From: Spirochaetia bacterium
GTDB lineage: Bacteria > Spirochaetota > Spirochaetia > SZUA-6 > Bin103
Direction: 5' to 3'
DNA length: 64,000 bases
Assembly (NCBI GenBank): GCA_965203515.1
Contig: OZ241907.1
Span: forward strand, 1,056,001-1,120,000
Shown here: in pieces, positions 52,876 to 62,591 of the stretch
How the letters are laid out: each line of letters opens with the position of its first letter
Numbering within the stretch: position 1 is the stretch's first letter
The notes under the pieces: model-generated
What the model was told of the DNA's origin: nothing
Databases searched by the model: none
The model's input: the letters and a program-made list of their open reading frames with translations, nothing else
Program-made: the position numbers and the translations under genes

Positions 52876-55824
52876 GTGGCGAAGGCCGAGGTCGACCCGG
52901 ACGCCCGGACGCCGACGCTGCGCTACCGCAAGAAGCTGATCGAGGTGGCGCTGCCGCTCGACGCCATCAACGCCGCCGCCGCGCGCGAGAAGTCGATCCG
53001 CCACGGCCACCCCAGCACCCTGCATCTGTGGTGGGCGCGGCGCCCGCTGGCGGCGGCCCGCGCCGTCATCTTCGCGCAGCTGGTCGACGATCCGGCCAGC
53101 CGGCCCGAGCTCTTCCCGACCGAGCAGGCGCAGGACCGGGAGCGCCGGCGGCTGTTCGACATGATCGAAGCGCTGGTCAGGTGGGAGAACACCACCAACC
53201 AGGAGGTGCTGCGGCAGGCGCGCGACGAGATCCGCGCATGCTGGCGGCGCGCCTGCGCCGACCACGCCGATCATCCGCGCGCGGCCGAGCTGTTCGACCC
53301 GGAGCGCCTGCCGGCCTTTCACGATCCGTTCGCCGGCGGCGGCGCGCTGCCGCTGGAAGCGCAGCGGCTCGGCCTGGAGGCGCATGCCGGCGACCTCAAC
53401 CCGGTGGCGGTGCTGATCAACAAGGCGATGATCGAGCTGCCGCCGAAGTTCGCCGGGCGCCCGCCGGCGCACCCGGAGGCGCGGTCGAAGCCGGAGTTGG
53501 TCGCCCGTCGGGAATGGACCGGCGCGCGCGGCCTGGCGGAGGACGTACGCCGCTACGGGCGCTGGATGCGGGAGGAGGCGGAGCGGCGCATCGGGCATCT
53601 CTACCCCAAGGTCGCGGTGACCGACGAGATGGTGCGGGAGCGCCCCGATCTGAAGCGGTACGCCGGGCGGGAGCTGACCGTGATCGCGTGGCTGTGGGCG
53701 CGCACGGTGAGGAGCCCGAACCCGGCGTTCGGGCAGATGGAGGTGCCGCTGGTCTCGACCTTCATGCTGTCGACCAAGCAGGGCAGGCAAGCGTACGTCG
53801 AGCCGGTGGTCGGCCCGGACGGCTACCGGTTCACGGTCAAGGTCGGCGCGCCGCCGGACGCGGCGGCGGCCAGGGCCGGCACCAAGCTGGCGCGCGGAGC
53901 CAACTTCCGCTGCCTGGTGTCGGGCGTGCCGATCCCGCCGGACTACATCAAGGCCGAGGGCATGGCCGGCCGCATGGGCGCGCGGCTGCTGGCTATCGTC
54001 GCGGAGGGCGATCGAGGCCGAGTGTATCTGGCGCCGACCGCTGAGCATGAGACCGCGGCATCGCGTATGCAGCCGGAGTGGAAGCCAGAGGGAAGTGTTC
54101 CTGAACGGCTCACTGGCGGCACCTGTTACGCTTACGGCCTCACCACGTTCGGCGACCTGTTCACGCCCCGGCAGCTCGTCGCGCTGAACACGTTCACCGA
54201 TCTGGTTGCCGAAGCGCGCGAGCGCGTCGGGCAGGACGCCGGCGCCGCCGGCATGCCCGACGACGGCCGGCCCTTCCACGCCGGCGGCACCGGCGCCACC
54301 GCCTACGCCGACGCGATCGGCGTCTATCTGGCGTTCGCCATCTCGAAATTGGCCGATCGGGGATCGAGCATCTGCACGTGGTTTACCGAACGGGACTCGA
54401 CCAGGAACACGTTCGCTCGGCAGAGCATCCCCATGACCTGGGACCATGCCGAGCTGAACATGCTCCTCGACGGTACCGGCAGCTTCGCCGGCGCCGTCGA
54501 GTGGACGGCGGAAAGCACCGACTGCCTGGCATCGGTCTCCGGTGGCGATCGCGGATCGGCGCAGCTGGCCGATGCCGGCGTTCAGACCCTGAGCGCCGGC
54601 AAGATCGTCTCCACCGATCCGCCCTACTACGACAACATCGGCTACGCTGATCTCTCTGACTTCTTCTACGTCTGGCTGCGGCGTTCGCTGCGATCGGTCT
54701 TCCCGGATCTGTTCGCCACGATGATGGTCCCGAAGGCCGAGGAGCTGGTCGCCACTCCCTATCGGCACGGCACCCGGGCGCAGGCCGAAGCGTTCTTCAT
54801 GACCGGCATGACGCAGGCGCTGGAGCGGCTGGCCCGGCAGGCGCACCCCGGCTTCCCGGTGACGATCTACTACGCGTTCAAGCAGGCGGAGCGCCGCGAC
54901 GACCGCGGCGTCTCCAGCACCGGCTGGGAGACGTTTCTGGAAGCCGTGATCGCCGCCGGCTTCGCCATCACCGGCACGTGGCCGATGCGCACCGAGCTCG
55001 GCAACCGGATGGTCGGCAGGGGAGCGAACGCGCTCGCCTCCAGTATCGTCCTGGTCTGCCGGCGTCGGCCGGACGATGCGCCGCTCGGTACCCGCCGGCG
55101 GCTCATGGAGGCCATGAAGGCGGAACTGCCGCCGGCGCTGGCCCACCTGCAGCGCGGCAACGTCGCGCCGGTCGACCTCGCGCAGGCCGCCATCGGACCC
55201 GGCATGGCGATCTTCACCCGCTACGCCAAGGTGCTGCACACCGGCGGCGACCGCGTCACCGTCCGCGAGGCGCTCGCCCTCATCAATCGGACGCTCGACG
55301 AGATACTGGCCGCGCAGGAGGGCGACTTCGACGTTGACAGCCGCTGGGCGCTGGCGTGGTTCGACCAGCACGGCTTCGAGGCCGGCGACTACGGCAGCGC
55401 GGAGACGCTGTCCAAGGCCAAGAACACCAGCGTGAGCGGCCTGGCGCAGGCCGGCATCCTGCATGCGCAGGCCGGCCGGGTGCGGCTGCTGCGGCCGGAC
55501 GAGTTGCCGGACGGCTGGGACCCGGCCAAGGACGAGCGGCTCACCACCTGGGGGGCGGTGCACCACCTGATCCGGGTCAAGGACCGGAGCGGGGAAGAGG
55601 CGGCGGCGCGGCTGCTGCACCGGCTGGCAGTGGTTGCCGGCGCGGCGCGCGAGCTCTGCTACCGGCTGTACGCGGTCTGCGAGCGCAAGCAGCGCGCGGC
55701 CGAAGCGCTCGACTACAACGGGCTGGTGAAGAGCTGGCCGGAGCTCGCCCGGCTCGCGGTGCGGGAAGCCGGCGTGCAGGCCGCACTGTTCGACGGCGAA
55801 CCGCCCGCTACGCCGCCCCGGTAG
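52876..55824 (+). CDS. DUF1156-containing DNA adenine methyltransferase
   Basis: KKLIEVALPL, LHLWWARRPLAAARA, DPFAGGG, TDPPYYD. Confidence 0.92.
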   Translation: MAKAEVDPDARTPTLRYRKKLIEVALPLDAINAAAAREKSIRHGHPSTLHLWWARRPLAAARAVIFAQLVDDPASRPELFPTEQAQDRERRRLFDMIEALVRWENTTNQEVLRQARDEIRACWRRACADHADHPRAAELFDPERLPAFHDPFAGGGALPLEAQRLGLEAHAGDLNPVAVLINKAMIELPPKFAGRPPAHPEARSKPELVARREWTGARGLAEDVRRYGRWMREEAERRIGHLYPKVAVTDEMVRERPDLKRYAGRELTVIAWLWARTVRSPNPAFGQMEVPLVSTFMLSTKQGRQAYVEPVVGPDGYRFTVKVGAPPDAAAARAGTKLARGANFRCLVSGVPIPPDYIKAEGMAGRMGARLLAIVAEGDRGRVYLAPTAEHETAASRMQPEWKPEGSVPERLTGGTCYAYGLTTFGDLFTPRQLVALNTFTDLVAEARERVGQDAGAAGMPDDGRPFHAGGTGATAYADAIGVYLAFAISKLADRGSSICTWFTERDSTRNTFARQSIPMTWDHAELNMLLDGTGSFAGAVEWTAESTDCLASVSGGDRGSAQLADAGVQTLSAGKIVSTDPPYYDNIGYADLSDFFYVWLRRSLRSVFPDLFATMMVPKAEELVATPYRHGTRAQAEAFFMTGMTQALERLARQAHPGFPVTIYYAFKQAERRDDRGVSSTGWETFLEAVIAAGFAITGTWPMRTELGNRMVGRGANALASSIVLVCRRRPDDAPLGTRRRLMEAMKAELPPALAHLQRGNVAPVDLAQAAIGPGMAIFTRYAKVLHTGGDRVTVREALALINRTLDEILAAQEGDFDVDSRWALAWFDQHGFEAGDYGSAETLSKAKNTSVSGLAQAGILHAQAGRVRLLRPDELPDGWDPAKDERLTTWGAVHHLIRVKDRSGEEAAARLLHRLAVVAGAARELCYRLYAVCERKQRAAEALDYNGLVKSWPELARLAVREAGVQAALFDGEPPATPPR

Positions 55825-56093
55825 CCGAACGGGTCCGCCGCTGGGCCGCGGCCGTCATGCTGCAGCCCCTGCATCGGCTCCTTCATCGGCGGCCGGCCGG
55901 TTTCGAGGGCGCGCAAGCGAGCGTCGAGGGCGTGCAACTTGGCGGTTTCGAGGGCGTGCAGCTTGGCGTCGGTGCCGGTTTCGAGGGCGCGCAAGCGCTC
56001 GTCGAGCCGGCGGAACCCGGACACGAGGGCGACGGTAACGGTGACGCTTACCGCGACGATGGCGACGACGACGGCGATCCATTCTGCAGACAC
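55713..56093 (-). CDS. Small membrane-anchored coiled-coil protein
   Basis: N-terminal hydrophobic helix, then repeated (R/K)LxALET; 3' end overlaps the methylase. Confidence 0.5.
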   Translation of the reverse strand: MSAEWIAVVVAIVAVSVTVTVALVSGFRRLDERLRALETGTDAKLHALETAKLHALDARLRALETGRPPMKEPMQGLQHDGRGPAADPFGYRGGVAGGSPSNSAACTPASRTASRASSGQLFTSPL

Positions 56094-56237
56094 GTGAGCT
56101 TCCTGTGCGGCCGACTCGGTCTCGATCGACCGGCCGCTGTGTCAAGTCATCGACGATGAAGTGTAACCGGATGGGAGAGGTTCTGGAAGCCGTGATCGAC
56201 GCCGGCTATCGCCATCAGTGACCGTCACCGACGCTAC

Positions 56238-56658
56238 GCATGCCTTCACGGTGGCCAAGGCGATGGAGACGATCTGCTCTCCGACATCCAGGGCTCCCTC
56301 GCCGGCGCCATCGAGGAGGGCGTGCCGTTCGAGCAGTGGCGCCAGGAGATGACCGAGCGCTCGGCCAGCGCGGCTGGTGGGGCTATCAGGTGGAGGGCGA
56401 ACCCGACGAGGAGCAGCGCGCCAAGCTGGAGGCCAACCTCAGCCGGCGGCTGCAGACCATCTGGCACGTGAACGTCACCCAGGCGTGTACGTCGCGTGGC
56501 GCTCCGGGGACGCGGCGCTGCTCTCGCAGATCGACGAGGATCTCGGGGACGACTCAGACCTCGTGTCACTCCGCCAATGGCCGTATGCGGAGTTCTTGCC
56601 GATCGCGCTGCAGTTCGATATGCTGTTCGAACGGGTCGGATGGCTGAAGAGAACGTAG
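56238..56658 (+). pseudogene. Phage Mu gpF-like head morphogenesis protein relic
   Basis: Across two frameshifts reads HAFTVAKAME-DLLSDIQGSL..GVPFEQWRQEM..RGWWG..RRLQTIWHVN, followed by an unrelated C-terminal piece. Confidence 0.7.
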
Positions 56659-56888
56659 ACAGCGACTACCACGGGCGCCCCTATCGCCGCCGCCGCCTCA
56701 CCCTCGAGGAGATCATGCAGCAGCCCCTGCCGCCGGAGCAGTGGGACCTGATGGTGCGGCTGCCGGACGGCAGCTTGGCCGTCGCCGCCCGCGGCGGCTG
56801 GTATGTCTTCGACGAGGAACAGGCGCAGCCGGACTTCGACCGCCCGATAAGTCGCCCATCCTGGCGAAGGCCTGCGCCGACGCCGTGA
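56640..56888 (+). CDS. Small hypothetical protein
   Basis: ATG overlapping the relic's end; plausible codon usage. Confidence 0.4.
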   Translation: MAEENVDSDYHGRPYRRRRLTLEEIMQQPLPPEQWDLMVRLPDGSLAVAARGGWYVFDEEQAQPDFDRPISRPSWRRPAPTP

Positions 56889-57049
56889 CCCTGGCCGCCC
56901 AGAGGTTCGAGGCTGCCCTGGAGACCCTGACCCGCAACCTCGCCTCGGAGCTGGCCGTACCCGACCTCGAACGCGCCTGCGCCGATGCTCGCGCCAAGAT
57001 CACGGCGGCCGTCGCCGAGCAGAGAACCACCCGCCCGTAAGCGCATCGA

Positions 57050-57081
57050 GCCCAAATCGGAAACCGGTTTCCGATTTGGGC
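57050..57081. repeat. Perfect 32-bp palindrome
   Basis: GCCCAAATCGGAAACC|GGTTTCCGATTTGGGC. Confidence 0.95.
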
Positions 57082-57142
57082 CGCCACCGCCGTCCGGGTC
57101 ACTCGGCGGCGGCCTCATCGATCACGTCTGATGCCGCGCGGT

Positions 57143-57325
57143 CTATCTCGCTGCCGGCCAGCGCGTCAGTGACTCCTGCCGCGTCGCCGGCGCTTTCGAC
57201 CACCTCCCTGCTGATCGCGAGCGGCCATTCTCGACCGCCGATATGACGGTGTGGTCATAGCGATCCCCCATCTCGGCTGCCAAGTCGACCTGCTTCAGCC
57301 CCGCGGCCCTCCGGGCGGCGGTCAT
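57143..57325 (-). pseudogene. XRE-family HTH repressor fragment
   Basis: ARRAAGLKQVDLAAEMG..ISAVENGR; C-terminus looks truncated. Confidence 0.65.
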
Positions 57326-57352
57326 ACGCTCACCGAGCCGGCCCGGCAGCTT

Positions 57353-57380
57353 CGCGGCGGACCCGTTCGGGTCCGCCGCG
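57353..57380 (-). terminator. GC-rich hairpin just 3' of tRNA-Glu
   Basis: CGCGGCGGACCC-4 nt-GGGTCCGCCGCG; no long U tract. Confidence 0.5.
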
Positions 57381-57381
57381 C

Positions 57382-57453
57382 TAGCCCCTAGGGGAATCGA
57401 ACCCCTCTTTCGAGAATGAGAGTCTCGCGTCCTGGCCGATAGACGAAGGGGCC
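57382..57453 (-). tRNA. tRNA-Glu (CTC), CCA not encoded
   Basis: Cloverleaf GGCCCCT/AGGGGCT, anticodon arm CGAGA-CTCTCAT-TCTCG, GGTTCGATTCC T-arm. Confidence 0.95.
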
Positions 57454-57750
57454 GGTCGATGACCAGATCATCGCACGTGCCCGCCGGAGAGTCAAGCCGA
57501 ACACGGGGCCGCTTCCGTGCGGGCATGCAGGTAAGCGTCGGGGGCTGGCGCTTCCTCGAAAACATGAGGCGGCGGGGAGGTCAGAGGAGCGGCGATTGGC
57601 TGCCTTTCGTCGATTTACCAGGAAAAACTGGTTCTCACGGGATGGTCGACGGGACGGGTGCGGCCGGGCCGCGGCGGTTGGTGACGACCGCCGCTTCGCC
57701 TTCGATACCCCTCCTGGTAAGGTGCATGCCGCCATCGAAGAGACGAACCG

Positions 57751-59235
57751 ATGAGACGGGTGGTGGTGATCGGCGCCGGCTTCGGCGGTCTGGCGGCGGC
57801 CGCGCTGCTGGCCAAGGACGGGTTCGACGTGACCGTCCTGGAACGCAACGATCAGCCCGGCGGCCGCGCCATGCTCTACCGCGAGGGCGGCTTCTCGTTC
57901 GACATGGGGCCGTCGTGGTACCTGCTGCCGGACGTGTTCGAGCGGTTCTTCGCCCGCTTCGGCAGCGCTCCGACCGATCACTACGGCCTGACGCGGCTCG
58001 ATCCGGCCTACCGGGTCTTCTTCGACGACGGGCGGCCCACGGACGTGGCCGCCGACCTGCAGCGCAACCTCGATCTCTTCGAACGCATCGAGCCGGGCGG
58101 CGCCGGCGCGCTGCGCCGCTACCTGGCGCGCTCGGAGTATCAGTACCGCGCGGCGATGGAACGGTTCATCTACCGCGACTACCGCGGCGCGGGCGACCTG
58201 CTGGATCGGGAACTGATCGCCCACGGCATCCACCTGCGCCTCTTCGGCCGCATGGACCGGCTGGTGGCGCGCGCGTTCCGCGACGATCGGCTGCGCAAGC
58301 TGTTGACCTACAACCTGGTCTTCCTGGGCTGCTCGCCAAGCCGCGCGCCGGCCCTCTACGCGTTGATGGCGCACGCCGACTTCAACCTGGGCGTCTGGTA
58401 TCCGCGCGGCGGCATGAACGGGGTGGCCCGCAGCCTGTACCGCCTGGCGAAAGGGCAGGGGGCGCGGTTCGTGTTCGACTCCCCGGTGACCGCGATCCGG
58501 CTGCGCGGCCGGCGGGCGACCGCAGTCGATTCGGCCACCGGGCGCTATCCGGCCGATGCGGTGCTGGCCAACGCCGACTACCACCACGTGGAGCGGACGC
58601 TGCTGCCGGCCGGGGCGCGCTCCTACTCGACGCGCTACTGGGCGCGGCGCGTGGTGGCGCCGTCGGCGTGCATCGTCTATCTCGGCCTGGACAAGCGGGT
58701 GCCGGCGCTGGCCCACCACAACCTGTTGCTGCAGAACGGGTGGGACGAGCACTTCCGCAGCATCTTCGAGCGGCCGGCGTGGCCCGAGCGGCCCGCGCTA
58801 TACGTCTGCCGCCCGTCCGCCACCGATCCCGCGGTGGCGCCGGCGGGGAGCGAGAACCTGTTCCTGATGATGCCGGCGGCCGCCGGACTGCGGGACGACG
58901 ATGCCGCCCGCGAGCGGTGCCTCGGCATGATGCTCGGCGCGCTGGAACGCACGATCGGGGAGCGGATCGAGGGGGCGGTCCGCGTGCGCCGCCTGTTCAC
59001 GCACCGCGACTTCACCGCTACCTTCAACGCCTTCCGCGGCACCGCCCTGGGGTTGGCTCACACGCTGCTGCAGACGGCGTTCCTGCGGCCTGCGATCCAG
59101 AGCGGACGGGTCGCCAATCTGTTCTTCGCCGGCCAGTACACGACGCCCGGGATCGGCGTGCCGATGACGCTGATCGCCGCCGCCATCGCGCGCGGCCGCA
59201 TGGTCGCGGCGGCGGGACGGCGGGCGCATGCCTGA
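57751..59235 (+). CDS. crtI: Phytoene desaturase
   Basis: IGAGFGGL, FDMGPSWY, YPRGGM, LGLAHTLLQT, PGIGVP. Confidence 0.92.
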   Translation: MRRVVVIGAGFGGLAAAALLAKDGFDVTVLERNDQPGGRAMLYREGGFSFDMGPSWYLLPDVFERFFARFGSAPTDHYGLTRLDPAYRVFFDDGRPTDVAADLQRNLDLFERIEPGGAGALRRYLARSEYQYRAAMERFIYRDYRGAGDLLDRELIAHGIHLRLFGRMDRLVARAFRDDRLRKLLTYNLVFLGCSPSRAPALYALMAHADFNLGVWYPRGGMNGVARSLYRLAKGQGARFVFDSPVTAIRLRGRRATAVDSATGRYPADAVLANADYHHVERTLLPAGARSYSTRYWARRVVAPSACIVYLGLDKRVPALAHHNLLLQNGWDEHFRSIFERPAWPERPALYVCRPSATDPAVAPAGSENLFLMMPAAAGLRDDDAARERCLGMMLGALERTIGERIEGAVRVRRLFTHRDFTATFNAFRGTALGLAHTLLQTAFLRPAIQSGRVANLFFAGQYTTPGIGVPMTLIAAAIARGRMVAAAGRRAHA

Positions 59236-60058
59236 TCCGCGCCTGGTGCGCATCTTCCGTCGCGGCAGCAGGACCTACTTCTTCTCCAGCATCGCCTTTC
59301 CGCCGGCGCTGCGCGACGACGTGTCCGCGCTCTACGCGTTCGTGCGCACCGCCGACGACTTCGTCGATCGGCCCCCCGGCCGGCAGGACGGGGCGGGCTT
59401 CGACCGCTTTCGGGAGCGCTACGCGGCAGCGGCCGCCGGGCGCGCCGGCGGCGACCCGGTCATCGACGCCTTCGTGGAGTTGGCCGCGCGCCGGCGCTTC
59501 CGCGCCGACTGGGTGGAGGCGTTCCTCGACGCGATGGCGCAGGACCTCACGCAGACCGACTACGCGACCGTCGCCGACACGCTGGCCTACGCGTACGGGA
59601 GCGCCGAGGTGATCGGGCTGATGATGGCGGCGATCATGGAGCTGCCGGACGAGGCGTACCGGCCGGCGCGCATGCTCGGACGCGCGATGCAGTACATCAA
59701 CTTCATCCGCGACATAGCCGAGGACCTCGACCTGGGGCGCACCTATCTGCCGGCGGAGGCGCTGGCGTCCGCCGGGCTGCGCAGCCTCGACCCGGCGGAG
59801 GCGAAGCGCCGGGCGCCGGCGTTCCGCCGCTTCGTGCGGGGCGAGATCGACCGCTACCTCGGCTGGCAGCGGGCCGCCGACGCCGGCTTTCACTTCATCC
59901 CCCGCCGCCCGCGGGTGGCGATCCGCACCGCCTCCGACATGTACCGCTGGACCGCCGACCGGATTCGCGCGGAGCCGCTGATCGTCTACCGGCGCAAGGT
60001 GCGGCCGTCGCCGGCCCGCATCCTGGCGGCCGTCATGGCCGGCGCGGTGCGCGCCTGA
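59228..60058 (+). CDS. crtB: Phytoene/squalene synthase
   Basis: LYAFVRTADDFVD, LGRAMQYINFIRDIAED..GRTYLP. Confidence 0.92.
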   Translation: MPDPRLVRIFRRGSRTYFFSSIAFPPALRDDVSALYAFVRTADDFVDRPPGRQDGAGFDRFRERYAAAAAGRAGGDPVIDAFVELAARRRFRADWVEAFLDAMAQDLTQTDYATVADTLAYAYGSAEVIGLMMAAIMELPDEAYRPARMLGRAMQYINFIRDIAEDLDLGRTYLPAEALASAGLRSLDPAEAKRRAPAFRRFVRGEIDRYLGWQRAADAGFHFIPRRPRVAIRTASDMYRWTADRIRAEPLIVYRRKVRPSPARILAAVMAGAVRA

Positions 60059-60079
60059 GCGCGGCCGGCCGTCCGAAAG

Positions 60080-60424
60080 TGGAGGTGGCGGGAATCGAAC
60101 CCGCGTCCTGCAAGGCACCGCGCACGCTTCTACAGGTTTGTCCGGCGATTCATTGTCGACATGGACGTGAGGCCGCCGGCGACCGCGTCCCGTCCCAGCT
60201 CGCGCAAGTGTCCCCGGCGGCTTGCGAGCCGGCCGTCGGGTAAGCCCTGGTTGCAACGGGGAGGCGGGCGCTCAGGGCTGCGCTCCCGAAACCCCGTGGC
60301 TGCCTGCTCAGGCAGCCAGTGCCAGATTTTCTTCGGCAGTTAAAGAGAGTTGCCAAGTTTAAGGAGATTGGCGCTCCACCTGCAACATGCGAGACGTTCT
60401 TCCAGTCGAGCCCTGTTCACCCCC
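60080..60424 (-). ncRNA. ssrA: tmRNA, tag (A)AEENLALAA
   Basis: Acceptor stem GGGGGTG/CACCTCC with G3-U pair, GGTTCGATTCC T-arm, tag ORF 60337-60308; directly downstream of smpB. Confidence 0.95.
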
Positions 60425-60442
60425 GTCGTGCGCCGCCGCCGC

Positions 60443-60907
60443 TTACCGGTGACTGCGCAGCGCCCGCTGCGCATCACGTTCGTCGTCGCGGCGCCGTATG
60501 TCCTGCCGCTTGTCGAAATCGCGCTTGCCCCGGCAGAGGGCGAGCTCGACCTTGACCAAGCCGCGTGAAGTATAGAAGCGCAACGGTACGAGTGTCAATC
60601 CGCGTTCGGCTACCCGGCGGCGCAGCGCCCGGATCTCCTTCTTGTGCGCAAGCAGCCGGCGCGGCCGGTCCGGCTCGTGGTTGTAGCGGTTGCCGTGCTC
60701 GTAGGGGGAGACGTGCAGCCCGTGCAGCCACAGCTCGCCGTTCTCCACGCGCCCGTGCGCGTCGGCGAAGGCGAACCGACCGGCGCGCATCGACTTCACC
60801 TCGGTGCCGGTAAGGACCAGTCCCACCTCCAGCCGTTCGACCGGCTGGTAGCGATGCAGCGCCCGGCGGTTGGTCGCCAGCGTGCGGCGGCCCGCCTGCT
60901 CAGCCAT
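60443..60907 (-). CDS. smpB: SsrA-binding protein SmpB
   Basis: NRRALHRY, GLVLTGTEVKS, RRLLAHKKEI, DKR. Confidence 0.96.
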   Translation of the reverse strand: MAEQAGRRTLATNRRALHRYQPVERLEVGLVLTGTEVKSMRAGRFAFADAHGRVENGELWLHGLHVSPYEHGNRYNHEPDRPRRLLAHKKEIRALRRRVAERGLTLVPLRFYTSRGLVKVELALCRGKRDFDKRQDIRRRDDERDAQRALRSHR

Positions 60908-62591
60908 CGGACGCACGCGGTGCGGCGATCACGACGCGGAATCCCAGATACGGAGTGGCCCACGCCGGTTCCTGCGCCCCGCGGGAGTCGACGCGGATCA
61001 GCTCGCGCCGGCTTGCCCACGAGCCGCCGCGCACCACCCGCGCGGCGCCCACGCGCGGCTGCCCGGCCGTCGCCGGAGTCGGGTCGGCGCCGGCCCACAG
61101 CAGGTACGACGCGGGCGCGTACCACGTTGCGGTCCACTCCCAGACGTTGCCCAACAGGTCGTACAGCCCGTACCCGTTCGGTTCCGACGTCGGCGCCGGT
61201 CCCGGGCCGGCGCCGCGCAGCCCCGCCAGCCGGGCGCCGCCGGTCTCCGCGCCGAGCGGATAGGGCCGGCCGGTCAGTCCGCCGCGCGCCGCCCACTCCC
61301 ACTCGGCTTCCGTCGGCAGCCGCACGACCAGCGCTCCGGCCGCCATCGCCGCGTCCGACCACGCTTCGTCCAGCCACATTGCGTCCAGCCACGCGGCGAA
61401 CGCGGTTGCGGCGTGATGGGACACGTGCGTGACCGGATCGTCGAGCGCGTCGGGCGCCGGCGCGCCGCCGGACCACGCCGCCAGATAGGTCGGCTCGGCC
61501 AGCCCCTCCCGCACCAGCCGGGCGGTCGCGGCCGGCGCCCAGCGCGGCACTTCGGCGGCGAACCGGGCGAACTGTCGGTTGGTGACCTCGGTCTCCGCCA
61601 TCAGGAACGGCTCGACCGCACGCAGGTGGGGCTGGCGGTCGTGCGCGGCGTACTGGCCGCCGCCGCTGTCGTCGCCCATCAGCAAGGTGCCGCCGGGCAC
61701 CGGCCGAAAGCGCAGGCCGCCCACGACGACGGCGTCCGGCCCTGCCGGCCGTTGCCGGGCCGGCGCTGCGAGCGCCGCACGGGCGTCGAGGGCCCGGCGG
61801 TACCGCTGCCCGTGCTCGGCGTGCCAGCGCTGCGCGGCCAGACGCTCCCGGAGCCGATCCGGAACGGCGGCGGCAAGCCACGACGGCAGTCCCGGATAGT
61901 CCCGGTCGAGCTGCAGGAACCGGTCGAAGAGGCGCCGCACGGTCTGCGGCGTCACCGGCCCGCCGCCGGCGTCGGAGGCGGCGGCCGCGCGCACCAGCGC
62001 GCCGAGCGCCTGACGCCGGTCGATGAAGGGCAGGACGCCGTGCAGGAACGCATACCGGTCGGCCGCTGCCGCCTGCGCCAGCGCGCGGCCGGCGTCCTCG
62101 ATGATGCCGGTCGCGTGCGGCGCTGCGGCGAACTCGGCCACGCGGCGGCGCGCCGCGGCAGCGCCGTCGAGCAGCTCCAGGTCGGCGTGGGCGGCGGTGC
62201 GGTTGCGAACGATCAGCGTCCCGAACACCCGCGGCGCCACCTCGACGCGGAGCCGCTCGGCGGCAAAGCCGGCGCGCGCCAGCTCCAGCTCGTGCGTGCC
62301 GGGCGAGGCGTCCAACGTCAGCGGCGTGGTGCCGGCGAACTTCCCGTCCAGCGACACGGTCACGTTGCGTGGGGTGGCGGTCACCTCGATCCGGCCGCCT
62401 GGGGCGCGCAAGCCGGGGTAGAGCAGCGCCAGGAACAGCGCCACCAGCAGGGCCAGCCCATAGATGACGGTGAGGTAGGCGCCGGGCGGGATGCCGAGGA
62501 CCGGACGCAGGCGCACCTGGGCGGCGCGTTCGAGGTCGGCGACCTCGACAGCCGCGGCGGGCGCGTCCGCGGATCGGGTGTTGCGTTTCAT
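60900..62591 (-). CDS. PEGA plus SUMF1/FGE-sulfatase domain membrane protein
   Basis: N-terminal hydrophobic helix, GTTPL PEGA motif, RLPTEAEWE, GLYDLLGNVWEW, RGGSW, GFR. Confidence 0.88.
   Translation of the reverse strand: MKRNTRSADAPAAAVEVADLERAAQVRLRPVLGIPPGAYLTVIYGLALLVALFLALLYPGLRAPGGRIEVTATPRNVTVSLDGKFAGTTPLTLDASPGTHELELARAGFAAERLRVEVAPRVFGTLIVRNRTAAHADLELLDGAAAARRRVAEFAAAPHATGIIEDAGRALAQAAAADRYAFLHGVLPFIDRRQALGALVRAAAASDAGGGPVTPQTVRRLFDRFLQLDRDYPGLPSWLAAAVPDRLRERLAAQRWHAEHGQRYRRALDARAALAAPARQRPAGPDAVVVGGLRFRPVPGGTLLMGDDSGGGQYAAHDRQPHLRAVEPFLMAETEVTNRQFARFAAEVPRWAPAATARLVREGLAEPTYLAAWSGGAPAPDALDDPVTHVSHHAATAFAAWLDAMWLDEAWSDAAMAAGALVVRLPTEAEWEWAARGGLTGRPYPLGAETGGARLAGLRGAGPGPAPTSEPNGYGLYDLLGNVWEWTATWYAPASYLLWAGADPTPATAGQPRVGAARVVRGGSWASRRELIRVDSRGAQEPAWATPYLGFRVVIAAPRASDG

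Noticed and set aside
60058..60110. Integrated element at the tmRNA 3' end
   Set aside because: No duplicated 3' fragment or integrase was seen.
60900..62591. FGE-sulfatase protein as a DGR target
   Set aside because: No template repeat of its 3' end and no RT were seen; it lies in a housekeeping smpB/lepB neighbourhood.
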